Source: Psammoneis japonica
Taxonomy: Eukaryota
Assembly (NCBI GenBank): GCA_008632985.1
Contig: QPGO01000107.1
Coordinates: forward strand, 248,001-312,000
Direction: 5' to 3'
DNA length: 64,000 nt
Made by a program: the position numbers and the translations under genes. Below are positions 11,492 to 25,400 of the stretch, in pieces; position 1 is the first letter of the stretch, and the number at the start of each line of letters is the position of its first letter. The notes beneath the pieces are model-generated. The model ran no database searches. It had not been told where the DNA came from and saw nothing but the letters and a program-made list of their open reading frames with translations.

Positions 11492-14400
11492 GCCCTACTC
11501 TGTACGTGTAAGGAGTACGTCGAGCATTCTCTCGAGCGTTATTTTTATTTATGATTTCTTGTTTTCGCTGCTGGATTAATTTCCAATCTGCGACATGTTG
11601 GACGTTAAGAGGGCGGTCCAGAGATCGCCTGGTACACTTTTTACGTAAAAACTACCAGAGAGCCAATCACGTACATTCCTACACAGACGCAGTACAAAAC
11701 AGAAAGCATGGCACTCCATCACGCGACCTCACGACGACACCACCTGACGACAACGCATCAAAATGGCGTCGTCCGCATCTTTCTGCAGCTCCTCTTTCAC
11801 TTACCCGATTGCTCCAAAAGGGCCAGGGGAAGCTAACAAGCTTTCTCTTATAATAGAGCAATGTAAACAAAAGTTGTTTTTTATTCCAAAATCTCAGAAC
11901 ACAGTGCAACCGATTGTCAAGGCGAACTCGCACGTTGGCGGCAACAACACCAGTTGATGTTCACTCTAGAACAACAATGGAGACGTGACACCCCAATAAA
12001 ATAAAGTCTATACCCCCATGATAAATTTTAAAGCTAGCTCTTCTTGTTGGCATACAATCTTTAGCTGCTTTTTAGACTTGACAAAATGATCATCTGTCCC
12101 GGCTGTCACCCTCTGAGTTTGTTGCATTGGCTGACAAATTGGGCAAGTGAGCCACACATTTCTAGCTTGTGAACTACCTTGCAGCCAAAAGAAGCAATCT
12201 AAACCTTCAGAACAGCCATGATGCACTGGTCTGCCGAATCAAACTCCGCATCACCAAGTGGAGGCGGGGAGAACCATTGTCAAAAATGCACTGTGACGGA
12301 TCTGAGCTCTTGAGAGCTTGTCCAGCTTTTGACACCATGGCCCCAAGTCACCATGTTTATTGTGAAGTCAGCCTGATGCTGTGTCTGTGACTTTGCCTCG
12401 TTTTGGAATTGCCACGGCCATCGCATTGCAGAACTGACATTCTTGACGAGGAAAAGTGTTTCTGGGACACCTTGCGACGACGGAGACCCTGCAGAACAAA
12501 AGAACAATGTAGAAAGAGACAACACATGTAAGTCAAACGGGTGTTAATGTACAAAGCCTCAACGAAACACACAGCATGAATGGTGATGCATGAGGTCGGT
12601 CGTGATGCAACAGAAGCGATGCTGTCAACGCGAACCTTCAGTGAGAATTTTCGCCATCAGCCACCCATGTGAACCTGTGTGCTCTCGAGCTCATCACATG
12701 CCTTGTGCTGTGACGTAAGATGTTCCATTGAGAGTACACTGCAAAGCACCTCAGAAACAACCGCATTTTTGAAATCGGCGAAACGCCATTGTCCGTGTTA
12801 TTTTGCGTGTTGTTTTGCGTCGCGAGCCAGAAAACACTCCCAAAAACTGTTCTGCAGGGCAAAATGCACTGAATCTACACAGATTTGGGTTGTGCCAGGC
12901 CATGTAGAAAATGAACGGGCCGAGAACTGTGGCACGCCCACTCAAACATCATGTCTTCATTGAAGACCAGTTGTCCTGGTGTGGCTTGCGCAGCAGTGTG
13001 ATGCGCAGAACGCACCGCAAATGCCGCTGCTGATGGTGTTCCAGCGAAAGCATCCTCAGTGTCCAGAGGTGCATGTTGCAAATCAAATGTGCGGAGCATG
13101 TTCCCCAGCACTTGATGCATGCGTTCAACAATTGCGTTTGCTTGTGGATTTCGTGCAGTCACAGGCTTGACTTTAATGCCACAATCATCTTGCACCATTT
13201 CTCTAAATTGGTGTCCGATGAACTCACTTCCATGGTCATGTGCAATTGACGATGGCCAAGGACATCCACTTGACCATGTTCATTCTAGCAGTCCAGCTGC
13301 AGTCATGGATTCCTTGTTTGGGATTTCCACAACTTCAAACCATCCGGTTGCTGGATCGATCATTGTCAAACATTTCAGGACCAGGGGTTCTTTCTTTCCC
13401 TTGCGACGCATTTTGTATGGCCCAACAAGGTCCACACACAGTCGTTCCCATGGTGCGGATTCTGCGCACTCAGGAGGTAAATGTCCATGTTTCTTGTGTT
13501 TCTTTTTGAATTTTTGGCACGTCTCACATCTCAACACGTATTTTCGTATGTCTTCACGCAAGGTGGACCACCACAGGTGTTGTGAGATTGTTTCTTCTGT
13601 TTGATTTATGCCAGGGTGAAGAAGGTGCGCATGATGCCAATCTGTCACTGCCTTTTGCAACGTCCTTGGGATGACAATTTTGTCCTTGTGACACATGAGC
13701 AACCGGTCTCACTCGCCTCCACGAAAAGTCTTCGTGTGAAACGTTTTGTTTGACAATTGGGAGAGAATGTCTTTGTCCCGTTTTTGTCCACAATCAAGAA
13801 CTTTGTAATTTAACGGAAAGACATTGTCACAGGATTTTGGCAGGACCTTTTCAGCTGGCTCTTCTGTGCTGAGGGTTTCCACAGGTTCTATTTTTTTCAC
13901 AGCAATTCGGCTGATCGCATCTGCGACAACATTCGCCTTGCCCTCAAGGTGTGTTGTGTTGGGACTGCATTCTTCCATCATCAGACGCCAACGCATGACT
14001 CTGTCCGTTGTGAAATTTTCATGTGTGAGATTCTTGTGATCCGCACACATGTTCATCTGTTGGCCAAACAGCACATTTCGGAACTCTTTTAACGTCTCCA
14101 CTGTGGACAATGGCTCTTTTTCCGTTGTGGCACAATGCGTCTGTGCTCCATTCAGCTTGCGGCTGTAGAAGGCAATTGGTCGGTTTTTCTGTGTAACAAC
14201 CGCCCCCAATTGAGAATCACTCGCATCAGCACACATCTCAAAGGGCACATTGAAATTCGGGTGTGATGACAGCACATCTTTGGAGACAATGCGCTTCACA
14301 TTTTCGAAGGCTTTTTGTTCTGTTTCGGTCCATTGCCACTTAACTTGCGTAGAAGTGAGCTTGGCTAAAGGAGCTAAAACATGAGATCGTCGAGGCCACA

Positions 14401-15870
14401 TGTCTCAACAGTGGTTGATCACACCGACAAAGCGTCGCAATTCCTTGCGAGTTTTGGGAGTTGCGATCGCGTGAATCGCTTCCACCTTTTTTGGAATCGG
14501 ACTGATGCCCTTGCGGGTGATGTGAAAGCCCAGACAGTCTGCTTCGGGTTTAGCAAAAAAGGACTTCTCGGCATTGACCTTCAATCCGGCTTGTTCCAGG
14601 CGTAAAAACACCGTTTCAAGCTTCTTGAGATGGTCTTGAAAATCACCTTTTGTAAGACACAATGTGTCGTCAACATGAGTTCTGACGAACTCCAGACCTG
14701 CCATGAGCTCATTCATGTGCTCTTGGAAAACATCTGGAGCTCCACAGATTCCCATGGGGAGTCTACAGTGCTCACATTTGCCCCAAGGCATGACGATCAT
14801 GCACAAGCGACGTGCATGTGGCGTCAATTCGACATGATGGCATCCCATGTTTAAATCTGGGGATGTTGCATGCATGAAACCTTCAAGTTTCTGTGGCATG
14901 TCCTGAACATTGGGCAGAGGAAACGGAGCACGCATCAACCTCTCACTCAACTCTCGAAAGTCGGACAGAAATCGGACTCGACCATTTTTCTTTGGTTGAA
15001 TGAAGGTTGGAGCTGCCCATTCAGAACAATTTGTTTTTCTTAAGACCTTTAACTTGCATGGTCTTTCAACCTCTTTGCGAGCAGTTGCCTCCAAGGCTTG
15101 TGGTGCGGGAAATGGTTTGGCATGATGCGGACTCACGCCCGATTTCAACTTTAAATCCACCGGTTTCCCGGTCCATTTGCCCAGAGAACCATCGAAAAGG
15201 TTTTCAAATCTTTTTAAGAGGAAGTTCAGCTGCTTCTGTTCTTCAGGAGTTAGATGAGCAGCTGCTGCAGTCACATTGTTGAGGTTTGCAGCATGACAGT
15301 CTGAGTCAAGGATCCGATTGACCCTGTCAATGAGACCAATCACTGCATGAGATTCCTCAATGTGATCGGCAATCAACTTAAAAACATCGGCATCGAAGAG
15401 TGCATCGACATTCTTCATGGGAGCAGTTGCATCTTCCCATTTAATCTCTTCATTCGAGAAGTCCAACATTGTCCCAAGACTTGACATTAAGTCGCGTCCC
15501 ATGATCATGTCATGATGACTCAAAGAAGAAGGGGGGCTGTCAACATGCACCGTTGTTTCGATCATCTCATGTTTGTCAAATTCGGGTGAGGAGAATTGGA
15601 TTTTACATTGACCACCAGTCGTAAAGAGCCCTCCTTTGGTTTCCCAGAGTTTGGTGGCGGATTCTTTGGTTCTGAGTTTCCGTGTGAATTTGCGCAAAAT
15701 TGTGGTTGACGATGTTCCGCTGTCGAGGAGAACGCGCAGAGGCTCATTTTTCGCTTTGCCCAATGAAGTGTTCATGCAGGCGACGACCACTGGACTGGCA
15801 TGGATTGCTTTGGCCCTTTTTCTGGGCTTCCTAACATCCAGCAGAGCGCAAGACTCCTCTTGCGGTGCAA
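11492..15870 (-). pseudogene. pol: Gypsy-1 pol (protease, RT, RNase H, integrase)
   Basis: LLDSGTS, WAAPTF..KKNG..RF..DFR, HVDD (from YVDD), ADASD..LGAV..AFYSRKL, HLLHPG..CETCQ, VDLVGP, NPQANAIVERMH. In-frame stops present. Confidence 0.92.
11609..12943. mobile_element. ~1.3 kb non-autonomous insertion inside the Gypsy-1 integrase
   Basis: Removing it rejoins LVFNEDMMF|NVQHVADWKLIQQRKQ. Ends GAGGGCGGTCC / reverse complement GAGTGGGCGTGCC; AA is duplicated. Confidence 0.7.
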
Positions 15871-15871
15871 G

Positions 15872-17030
15872 TCATTCCTCAGAATCACTGCGCGTCATTT
15901 TTTCAAACTGATGATTCTCCTCATCAAGGGTGTCAGAATCACAATCTTTGCTCTTGCGCTTTTTGTCATTGTTCGAGGAACTCGCTTTGAGCATTTTTTG
16001 AACTGCTTGGATCGCCACAGCATTCAACTCTTCTTTGCGAGCAGCGTCATCGTTGTTGCGACGAGACCACGTGCGATTGCCATTTGAACAGTGCCATTTT
16101 GGGTCGGGTTCACAGTTCCCACGGCGTTCTTTTGCAAGTCTTTTGATCAACCAGCACTTGTCTGTGTTGTGAGTGGATTTCTTGCATGAAATGCACCACT
16201 TCTTGGACTGAGATTTTTTGGTGCCATGTTGGTGACCATTTTTGGAACCATGTTTGGAACCACTCTTGGCTTTTGATGCAGTGCCGCCACTGCCATCAGC
16301 CTTGGCATGAATGCCATCGAACATGTCCTCTGCGACCTCTGGGCGCTCCAAAAACTCAACCAACTCGTCACAAAATTTCGAAACCCTGGACGGTCGACTG
16401 ACGCTGCCACTTTCGAGGTGCAAGATTGAAGAGGATGTCCTTGAGCTCGTCCTCCTCGATCTTCTGTTCCTTCCCAAAGGGAGGATAGAACTTGAGATCT
16501 TTGTTGACTTCCTGGACCCAAGCAGCAATTTTGCGCACTTTCATGGACTCCGGCTTCTTGAGATCACGACGCAAATAACGTTTCTGCACCGAAAGTGCGT
16601 TCTTGGGAAACACATGCCTCGTGAGATGCTGCAGGCATTTCTCGAAGCTTCCTTCCACAGATTCGTCTTCAAGGTTCGCTGCCACATTCTCGAAAGCACG
16701 TAGAGCGTCTCCTTGGAGTGACACACGCATGAGGCGGAACTTGTCGGATTGCTTCCTGACATTCTGGCCCACTGGAAGTTGATCGTAGCTCTTGAGAAAT
16801 TCGATGAACTTGGGGACACCTTGCTTCTTGCAGTGCTCGACATTGATGGTGCAGGTGCGGCTGTCCTTCTTCTTGGGATGAAAACGTTGCTCCATCTTGA
16901 GGCACTGGCTCGGTTTGAGGCTCTTTGGCTCGGAACTCGATTCCAGCAGTTGAGGAACGATTTTCTCCTGCCTCAACAAAGTTTTGGCATTGGTTGCTTG
17001 AGGTGAAAGCTTCATCTTGAACTTGTTGCC
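15872..17030 (-). pseudogene. gag: Gypsy-1 gag
   Basis: ORFs 16368-17078 and 15872-16528 linked by a frameshift: VFPKNALSVQKRYLRR, zinc knuckle CISCKKSTHNTDKC. Confidence 0.85.
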
Positions 17031-17051
17031 TTCTGTGGTGTGCATGCACAA

Positions 17052-17430
17052 TGCACCATGCTCAAAGAACAAGTGCAAACGAAAGTAGAACGAAGTTCAA
17101 AAAGTGAAAATTGTGAGAATTATTTCTGCGCAATCATTTTGGGTTTCTCAGAACGGGTTCTCAATGGCCTAAACCTTTTGCACTGCTCCTGCAGACAAAA
17201 GGCCTTTTGGAGAATGTGATCGTGACAACAGATTGTCCAGATGCGATTGACATTGACACACAAGATGTCAACATCATCGCACGATTGCATTTGCGATTCT
17301 CGACATCCGATCACTTCTGTGTGATCGATCTGTGCTTCGTGCGAACCCACGATTGACGTACGATTGAAATGTGCTTTTGTTTAATGTGCAGATGTGCATG
17401 TGCGACACGTGCATGACAACGCACATTGCA
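17052..17430 (-). repeat. Gypsy-1 5' LTR (379 bp)
   Basis: TGCA...TGCA termini; homologous to 11133-11490 and to the Gypsy-2 LTRs. Confidence 0.92.
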
Positions 17431-20400
17431 CGAGGACTTAAATTTTGATGAAATAGAATGTTTCACCAACGGTTTCGGATTCGAATTGTTCCAACCCAAG
17501 CTCAAAAGCACAATTGCAACGCGTGCCTTGAAAAAGAAGTTTTTGGAGTCGACAAATTGGACCCCCTCTCCAGAATTCCTCGCTCTTCCCTTCCTTTGTC
17601 ACAAGCCGAAGTTGCGCCGTGTTCCTCATGTTGCCGAAGTTATCCGCACCAACAACATTGTAAGGAAAACCCTTGGCCATCCCGACATTTGGTCCCACAT
17701 CATGACTCGTGGTTGGTCCATTGAGAAATCCCGCCGTGCAAATGGCGAACATGTCCTGCGACATAAAAATCTCGAGGAGGCTTTGCATTTCTCCAAAATG
17801 TCCGGAGAGACAGAAAAAGAACAGCACAACCGTGTGCTTCTTCACCGCAACATCCAGGCGATGGTAGAATTTGTTCACACGATCATTGCCGGAGACGACC
17901 CAAACGATCCTTTATCCGGTGAGCCTTGTTTCTGATTTTTACGGTGCAAAAGTCTCCAAAGTTTGACCAACGATCGAGCCCAAGACCTCCACAGTGCCTG
18001 TTTTGTCACAGACATCGTCATGCGTTGCGTTCAGTGCAAGCCCAAGGACATGGACTGTTGGTTCTTGAAGATTTTCCGTCACGTCAAAACCCAAAAGGAA
18101 TGGCGCCTCTTTGTCAATGGCTTTCTGGTTGCATGCGATGCCAACGATCCTGGTGCCCAGGCAGAAAAGATCAAGGGTTTCCTTGACGACTCAACCGGTG
18201 ACACAAAGAACACGGTGATGGTGCAAGGCGATTCCCTTGCATGCCGTGAGGCTCATGAAGAAAAAATCAATTCCATGTTGAATCACGAATTTGGGAAGCA
18301 TTGTCCCAAGGAGCAAATTGGTGTCTGACCTGGGTGCAGCAAGCAGCTCACAATGCTCCGTTGCAGAATGCATGATCAGAGGGCCGACTGCTTGGAAGAC
18401 GATGACAAACGAATCTACAACTCCAAAACCAAACGCAAAATTAGGAGGACCCACAAGGATGGCACCTGTTTGTACGATGGTAAGAAACCCCCCCCACCTC
18501 CCACCTTCTACCTTTCTGCCTGCATCTGTCATCTCAATGTCTCTTCTCACACCCCATGATTGTTCACGACCCACCAGAGCCTTCCTTGACCGTTCCCAAC
18601 AAGAAGGCCAAGCCTGCATCTCGCAACAAACAAGCCCCTCCATCGCTTTCTGGCAATGTTCCGTCGTCCAGGGAGGCGCACCGGACTCTCACCGCCGACC
18701 TTCCGTCACTCTCAGAAATTGTGGAAAACCTAAAACCCACTTCCACCTCCAAAGGTCCTTTGTCCAAACCTCATTCTTCTCCTCCTTCTGTTTCAGCTAA
18801 TCCTCCCGCGGTTACGTCTCCTCCCAGTGACCCCAACGACATGTCGTGGCTGGACCTGTCCACACTCCGCGATCGCTTTGACCCATCCAAGTGTCGACCA
18901 GTCACCAACGAGGAAGTTTCTTCTCATTTGTCACACCTGCACATCATTGACAAAGCCACCGACACTGATCGGGTGCTTCATCATTCCGCCGCCGACTTTT
19001 GCCTGGCGGACAACTTGCGGGAAAACTGGCACACGTTCTCAAACAACACGCCATCATGTGATTCCGCCACCGCATCTCATGTTCGAACCGAGCACCCTCC
19101 CAACCTCGATCACTTCTCCAAGGAACTCTCCGTCGCCCGTCAGGCTAACTCTCTGTACAAAGGGCACTTTGGGTGCCTTCGTGCATGCATTCCTGCCCTT
19201 CTTCCATTTATTTTGTTGAAGGGAGTGTCCGATTTGACACGTGACGGACCGGTTGCAGTTCAAAACGGCGAAGCATGCAGGACAAAGTTCGGTTGTGCTG
19301 GGAGAGCGCATCACCCCAAGACGCCTGGTTCTGCCAAACTGGCCAAACCAAAGGCTGCTTGTGGACTTGATGTCTTTGAGCCCAATGACAACTTTGATGC
19401 CAACGAGACCTCCAAAATCAAGGTGATGGCAGCCGGCATCCTTGACTCGATTCAGCTTTGCGAAAATGAGGTAGAGCTGAAAAAACTGAGCAATCCACCA
19501 CCATTTAACTGGTCACTTTGGTGCAAGGAATGCTCGCAAAAGTTGGGCAACGAAATGGGCTGTCTGTTCTTCAAACGTGAGGACGTCACTGTGCAGGGAT
19601 TGTGCATTTCCTGGGGTCAAGACTGTGGTGGTCACTGTGACAATAAAAACTGCATCTGGCATCAACACAGGAAGACAGCTGCAGGTTGCTTCTTCATTGT
19701 GGATGCCTTTGGCGACATCTGGTCCTTCAAGGTTGTTGCCAACAGCAGAAGGACCATTGGTCAATGCTACGATGACCAGTGCGACATGAAGCCTGTGCTC
19801 ACTTGCACGCACCACAATTGAGCTCAGCTTGATTTTGCACTTAAAGACTTGGACTTGCAGCACAATGGTCCCACCCACCCCAATGTGTTGCTTTCCAGCA
19901 TTACATTCAAGCATCTTTCCCTCGATGACAACAGGCCGTGGGACAATGTTCTTGTTGGTGGAGGTGGCGACTCTTCACATGTCGAGGTGTGCATGGATCG
20001 ACTCAAGTTCCCGACTTTCCCAGTCAGGGACTTCCACTTGTCTGCCCCAGTCACAGTGATCTGCCGTTTCAAGAACATTGTGTGCCGATCGGGTCCCGAC
20101 CCAAAACGAGTCATTCGTTTGGCGATCCATGCTGGTTGTCCCACCGGACATCACCGATTTTACCACGTGGGGGACAAGTGTCTTCCTGGCCTTTGTTTCG
20201 AAGGTGCTGACCCATTTGTCCACTTTGCCAATTGCTTGCAGAACACATTTGGGGTGCCACACGGTGACCCACAGGTGGGTGGGATCAGCCCTGCCAATTT
20301 GACGTGCGAGAAATTTTGCGATGCATTTCTAGACCCTTGTTGCGTCAGAACCGCGAATGACCTAATTGACGCAATGGTGGAAGAAATCCATGCTGCACTT

Positions 20401-20997
20401 CTCTGGATAAACAACAACGTCGACACCAACGAGTTCTGTCCCAACTTAATGGAACAATGCTGCAAGGCAGCGTGTGATGCTTGGGCAGACCGGGGAGCAG
20501 ATTTCAGTGAGATTCGTCTCGTGTTGGTGCTGCAATGTCTGGTGCTGGCAGGTGTCGCAGTGAAAGACCATCCCAGACTCAACGACATTGTCCATCCTGT
20601 CTTCAATTCGGGAGCTGCTGCACAACTGGGGCACATCCAACCGGAAGAAAGGCCGCTCATGCACCAAAGGACATCATCCGAAACAGGAACCGAAGAGCAC
20701 GGTTGGAACGGAACCGAGCACAAACTTTGTGAGAATTCTGACAATCGCTGCACCCACATTTTTGATCATGTTTTCCGAGGACCCTGTTCAGGACAAGACC
20801 TGTTTGCCTTCTCTCCCTCTGGGCAGCATCTCCGTAAGCCATGTGGGTCAACCGAGCATGAAATTTTGGAGTGTGTTGACGACGACCCCAACCTTTGCCA
20901 ATCACAAGACAATGCTGAATCACGCACATTTGTGTGTGAATCAGCTGTGCAATCAGACGGTGCCAGTGCTTTCTCTGTTGTTGATGGACTGCCCGCG

Positions 20998-21177
20998 GAC
21001 AATGAACTTAGCTCATTGTCATCGGAGGAGTCTAGACTTGCCGCAAACAATGAACTTAGCTCATTGTCTTTGGAGGATTGTCGACTTGACGTGGAGAAAG
21101 AACTAAGTTCATTGGATTCGGAGGAGTCTCGACTCGCCGCAGACAATGAACTCAGCTCATTGTCTTTGGAGGAGTCT
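20998..21177 (+). repeat. 48-bp coding tandem repeat, ~4 units (NELSSLSxEESRLAAD)
   Basis: DNELSSLSSEESRLAA/NNELSSLSLEDCRLDV/EKELSSLDSEESRLAA/DNELSSLSLEES in ORF 19849-21537. Confidence 0.9.
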
Positions 21178-22409
21178 GTGTTGTCGGAGGACTGCTCGTG
21201 TCCTGATTCTGACTGCCGCGTTCCAATTGTCACGGTAGATTCTGTTGTCCTTCAGTCACAGGATCAAGAATCCAATGAAGATGACACAAGTGACGCAACC
21301 GCGTACGATCGACCCGAGCCACCGGTCCTTTTACAAGCACAAGATTTTGACATGGACAAATGTGTGAACACCATTTTTGCGCAAGTCTATCAACAGCCAA
21401 AGAACTCCTGCAATTGTTTGGTGTCATGTTTTTCACAAATCTTAACCCGCAACATGACTCCTCCTGTGCTTTTGTTTCACATTGTCATGTCATCCCCAGA
21501 CAAGACGGAGGTGCAAATGTCCTGTGGCTTTGCATGACAAGGCCCATCATGGCCAGAAACCTGACATTGGATGAGATGTGTTCAGACCGTGGCGTGGAGG
21601 CTATCCGATCCACTCAGCAAAGAAGAGATGAAGCAAGGTGTCAAGTCGTTCAGGATCTCCACACGAACTCAAAGGTTTGTGCATGCACTGTGTCCCTGCA
21701 GGATGGTGGCCCCGCTTGTCACTTGAATTGCAACACATCCGCCAAGAATTTTGCCCAAAGGGTCAAGATGCGGTTTGGAACAGTGATTGATTTTAAGAAA
21801 AGTGGCTTTGTTCAGATCTGCATGGACTGCTGCTGGATGCAAAAAGGGGAGTGGCTGCAGTCGACACTCGGAAATCGCTTTTTTGGCAAAAACCCAAGGG
21901 ATGTGATGGAAACGTTGTTTCATCCAAAGCTCCAGAGGTGCCACATCACAATCCCGCGCACCATTTGGTCACTGGCCCAAACCGTGCGCAATTTGGATGA
22001 CATTTCGGAATGCGCACTGGTGCAGGCCATGACACAGGACATGGCATGTGAAACAGCGACGCTCCACCAGGCTTCCCAGGAGATTGTGGAGGAGTGCCGT
22101 GTGGATTGGCTGGGAAAACCATCTGACCAGGAAGCATCACATTTGGGAGTCACGGAACAGGAAATTTGGGAAACGCTGCCACATGAAGAAGCCAATTCAG
22201 TCCTGGAGTTCCTGCGAGAGTGTGGAAATTGCAACCTGAAGGAACCGTTCCCGTTCCTGTCCTTCGAGAGGAGAATTCCCAATTTTGGGGATGAGTTAAC
22301 AAAATGGCCAAGGAGTCATTTGCTGTGCCAGTTCCCAGTCGGATTTGTGAGTGGATTGTCAAAGCAGGTGAGTGAACGTTGTCTCTGTTGTCCTTGTTGT
22401 CCCGATTGA

Positions 22410-25400
22410 GTTTTCTGCTGCTGTTGTTGGATGCTCACATGCTTTTCACCTGCTTTTGTGAAACAGCTCTCCCCATGTGTTTCTGCGGTCTTGAACTGCC
22501 CAAACATGCTTTGTCCTGTCGTGTGTCTCAGCAATGCCGGGTTGCTCCTCATGCACCAACAATTTGTCGCCAACAGCGTCGATGGGCACCAAGAAAAGCT
22601 TGGGTGAGTGCACTGTTTGTTCAGCAGAGGACAAGTTGTTGTTCTTTGCTTGGTCCAATTGCCAGCGACTGACCAGGTCGGTGTGTTGCATTCGTTCAAC
22701 CATGGTGCGCTTGTCAGGCTGGTGCGTGCAAGGGTGAACGACCGCATGCAAGTCACCGTCGCTTTCCCTTCGGAAGAAACAGTGAAGTCTTGACGGGAAG
22801 CACAATTCCCCCCAGTTGTGCCAAAGTTAACATTCGCCCAGTCGTGAACCGGTCCTTCACTGTTGCAGTCTGGGTGTGCGCGGTCAGTGTCTTTCCCATT
22901 CTTGTGGCGGAATTCGGTTTTGCAAACAAGGTTGACGGCGAGGTTGCCTCCTGCTCCAACGCATTCCCTCCACTTCTTTTGAAAGAAATGGGCAGGACCG
23001 GGTGAACCTGACATTGTTTTTGCTTTCCGTGCCAGAGAAAGCTTGCTGCATTGTTTGTCGCACTGCAGGTGATGGCAAAGGCACCACCACCCAGTGTGTG
23101 ACTGTCATCACCACATGTGACGTCCTTTCATCCAACTCTCGATGTGATCCATGGGTTGGCCGACAACGCACGGTGCACCGTCATTTGGTCTTGCATGCGC
23201 GACGCAATCTGACCCAGGAAGATGTCAAAGCTGCGTTGTTGTGCCGTGGCAGAGGGCAATTTGAAAAATCCTCAAGCAAAGATTCTCCAAGACCAGCGTC
23301 AAAGTTCATGGCATGATGGAAATGACATAGAAAGATTGGAAGGTGAAGAAGCTCGTGAAGTTTTTGCAGCTTCCACCCAGCCCCTTCGTGTCTTGGGGAG
23401 CAATGTGCGATGCGAGACACCAGCAACCGAATTTTCTTTGTGATTTTGGTCAGGTCAGTTGTGTCGGTCGGTGGGTCACCGAGTCGACACCAAGCATGGA
23501 AGGCAAGCAGGTCTTCCAGCAACTGGACGCATTGCCTGACACTGCAACTAAGGGGCTTTCTCTTTTTTTTCCTTTTCCGTTGATTGTGGCTGTTGCCTTC
23601 ATCCTCGGACTCGTCCGGTTGTTGTTCCACACTATCGTCTTCATCCGTTTCGTACGGATCATCTGTTCTGTTGTTGGAATGATGATCATTGCCATTGTCG
23701 CACTCTTCCGGCATGTGACAGCGATTGATTCGGAACCTGGGTGTCCCACGCCCTGATGGCAATGGAGGATTGTCTTGGTCTTCCTGGAGAAAACAAGATT
23801 CACAGACATCTCTGCCTTCCTTTGTCAGCAGCAACAAAAAAAACAAAGGCCATCCCCGCCCAATGATGTGAGTTGAGGCAGGTGAGTGATGTGGCCCCGC
23901 CCTTGAAATTGGTTTGTAAGAAAGAATTGCACGTGGATTGGTGATTGCCAAACATTTTTTCCACTGATCTGTCGACCTCGCTTCTCACTGAGTTTGTCAT
24001 GCTGTCGACAAAAACACCAACCTCCCTTTTTAAAGTTCCGTTTTCAAAAAGGTGCATCATGTCGCTTGCCGTGGAAAGGGTTGCTCCGAACGGCTGTTCT
24101 CCGAAATCTGCATTGAGCAAGCTGTTGGTGGGCACATTGTGCTGCTTCATGTGATGAAGCTGCTGCAGCCAGTGGTTCCTTTCTTGCTCGTCAAGACTGA
24201 GATCATTTGCGTGGTTCTGGACCAACAAAATGTCACCAGCCCTGACCAGTTCGCACTCCTTCCAAGGGTCGTCAAGCTCATTGCATCCGGTCATGCAAAA
24301 CCTGGAACAACGTTGGTGACAGTTCTTGGCGCCACACCTGCCCACAAGGCAGTCACCACTCTTCGCATCTCCGTTGATTGGGGTCATTGTTGGAATGACA
24401 TGAAGGAAACGCATCTCATCACCACGTCAAATGCAGCAGCGAAAGCCACCGTTTTCCATTGTGTCTGGCAGAGGCTGGAGCATTGTTGCCAACACCTTGT
24501 GACAATCCCGGATGCTTTGGCCCTTCTCTGACTTTCGAGCATTAGATTGCTGTTTGGCGGTGGAGGAGGACATTTTTTCTAGGTCGGGAATGCAACCAAG
24601 GACACGCCACTTTGCTCTGTCATGCCATTGGTTGCAGGCAACATGAGCCGACGTAACCGTGACGGGTTCTCCGCAGGAAGACAACATGGAGGCTGTCTTC
24701 CCAGTCTTGTCAACGTAAATTGTCAAACATTCAAGGAACTCTTTAAGAGGATCCGAGACCCTGGCTGTGCGTGCTTCTGTGCCACTCTCCTGCCAAAACA
24801 CACTTGTCGTGCTTTCCCTTTGAGACATGCATTCCGCATGGATCGGCAGTGTCGGCGAGATTGCTGGGGTTGGCCCATGTGCAAGCATCCAGCATGAACA
24901 ATTCCCACACATCTTTGAAATTCCATCGCGGAACTCTTGCTGTTGTCTCACGCGTTCCCCATTGACGCTTTCTAGGTTGACTGGAATCATCTCGCATTCC
25001 GGACCTGCAAAAGATTTTGTGTGGGTTCTCCATGTTTGGTCCGGCGAGGGATTTGCGTTCCAAGATGGAAGGCACTGCCACAGTGTCTTTCGATGAACTC
25101 GGCGATCTTGTCGCACAGGTGAAGCGGTGCTCTGCAGTCGTCTAAGAGCTTGCACAGCTCTGCACAAGCACCGTTGAGGTTGCCAAGAGATGGCATGCGC
25201 GCAAATGTGTCTTGGCTGGGCTGCGGCACACCTCACCCAATCGGCCATCTTCACTCCGCGAATCATCTTCGTCTGAGATGTTTGATTTGTCAGGATTTGC
25301 AACTTTGGAGCCCTCCATTGTGACATCTGGCAACGCATCAAATGAGTCATCTGGTGACAAGCTTGCTTCAGAAGACAAGTCCAGGGACATGCAATGAATT

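Larger units (their letters stand above)
11133..17430 (-). mobile_element. Ty3/Gypsy LTR retrotransposon (Gypsy-1)
   Basis: Paired LTRs, 4-bp TSD CGAG (11129-32 / 17431-34), and domain order gag-PR-RT-RH-IN on the minus strand. Confidence 0.95.
11064..22409 (+). pseudogene. Large cargo gene of the Plavaka element, split by Gypsy-1
   Basis: MASDDF...FQITE (11064-11132) joins in frame to DLNFDEIECF (17435) once the Gypsy is removed. ORFs 17426/17963/18353 and 18556/19849 are in frame across single TGA stops (probable CGA>TGA). Candidate intron 18480-18577. Confidence 0.65.

Noticed and set aside
20998..21177. Repeat array as a possible CRISPR
   Set aside because: In-frame 48-bp coding tandem repeat with no unique spacers and no cas genes, in a eukaryotic context.
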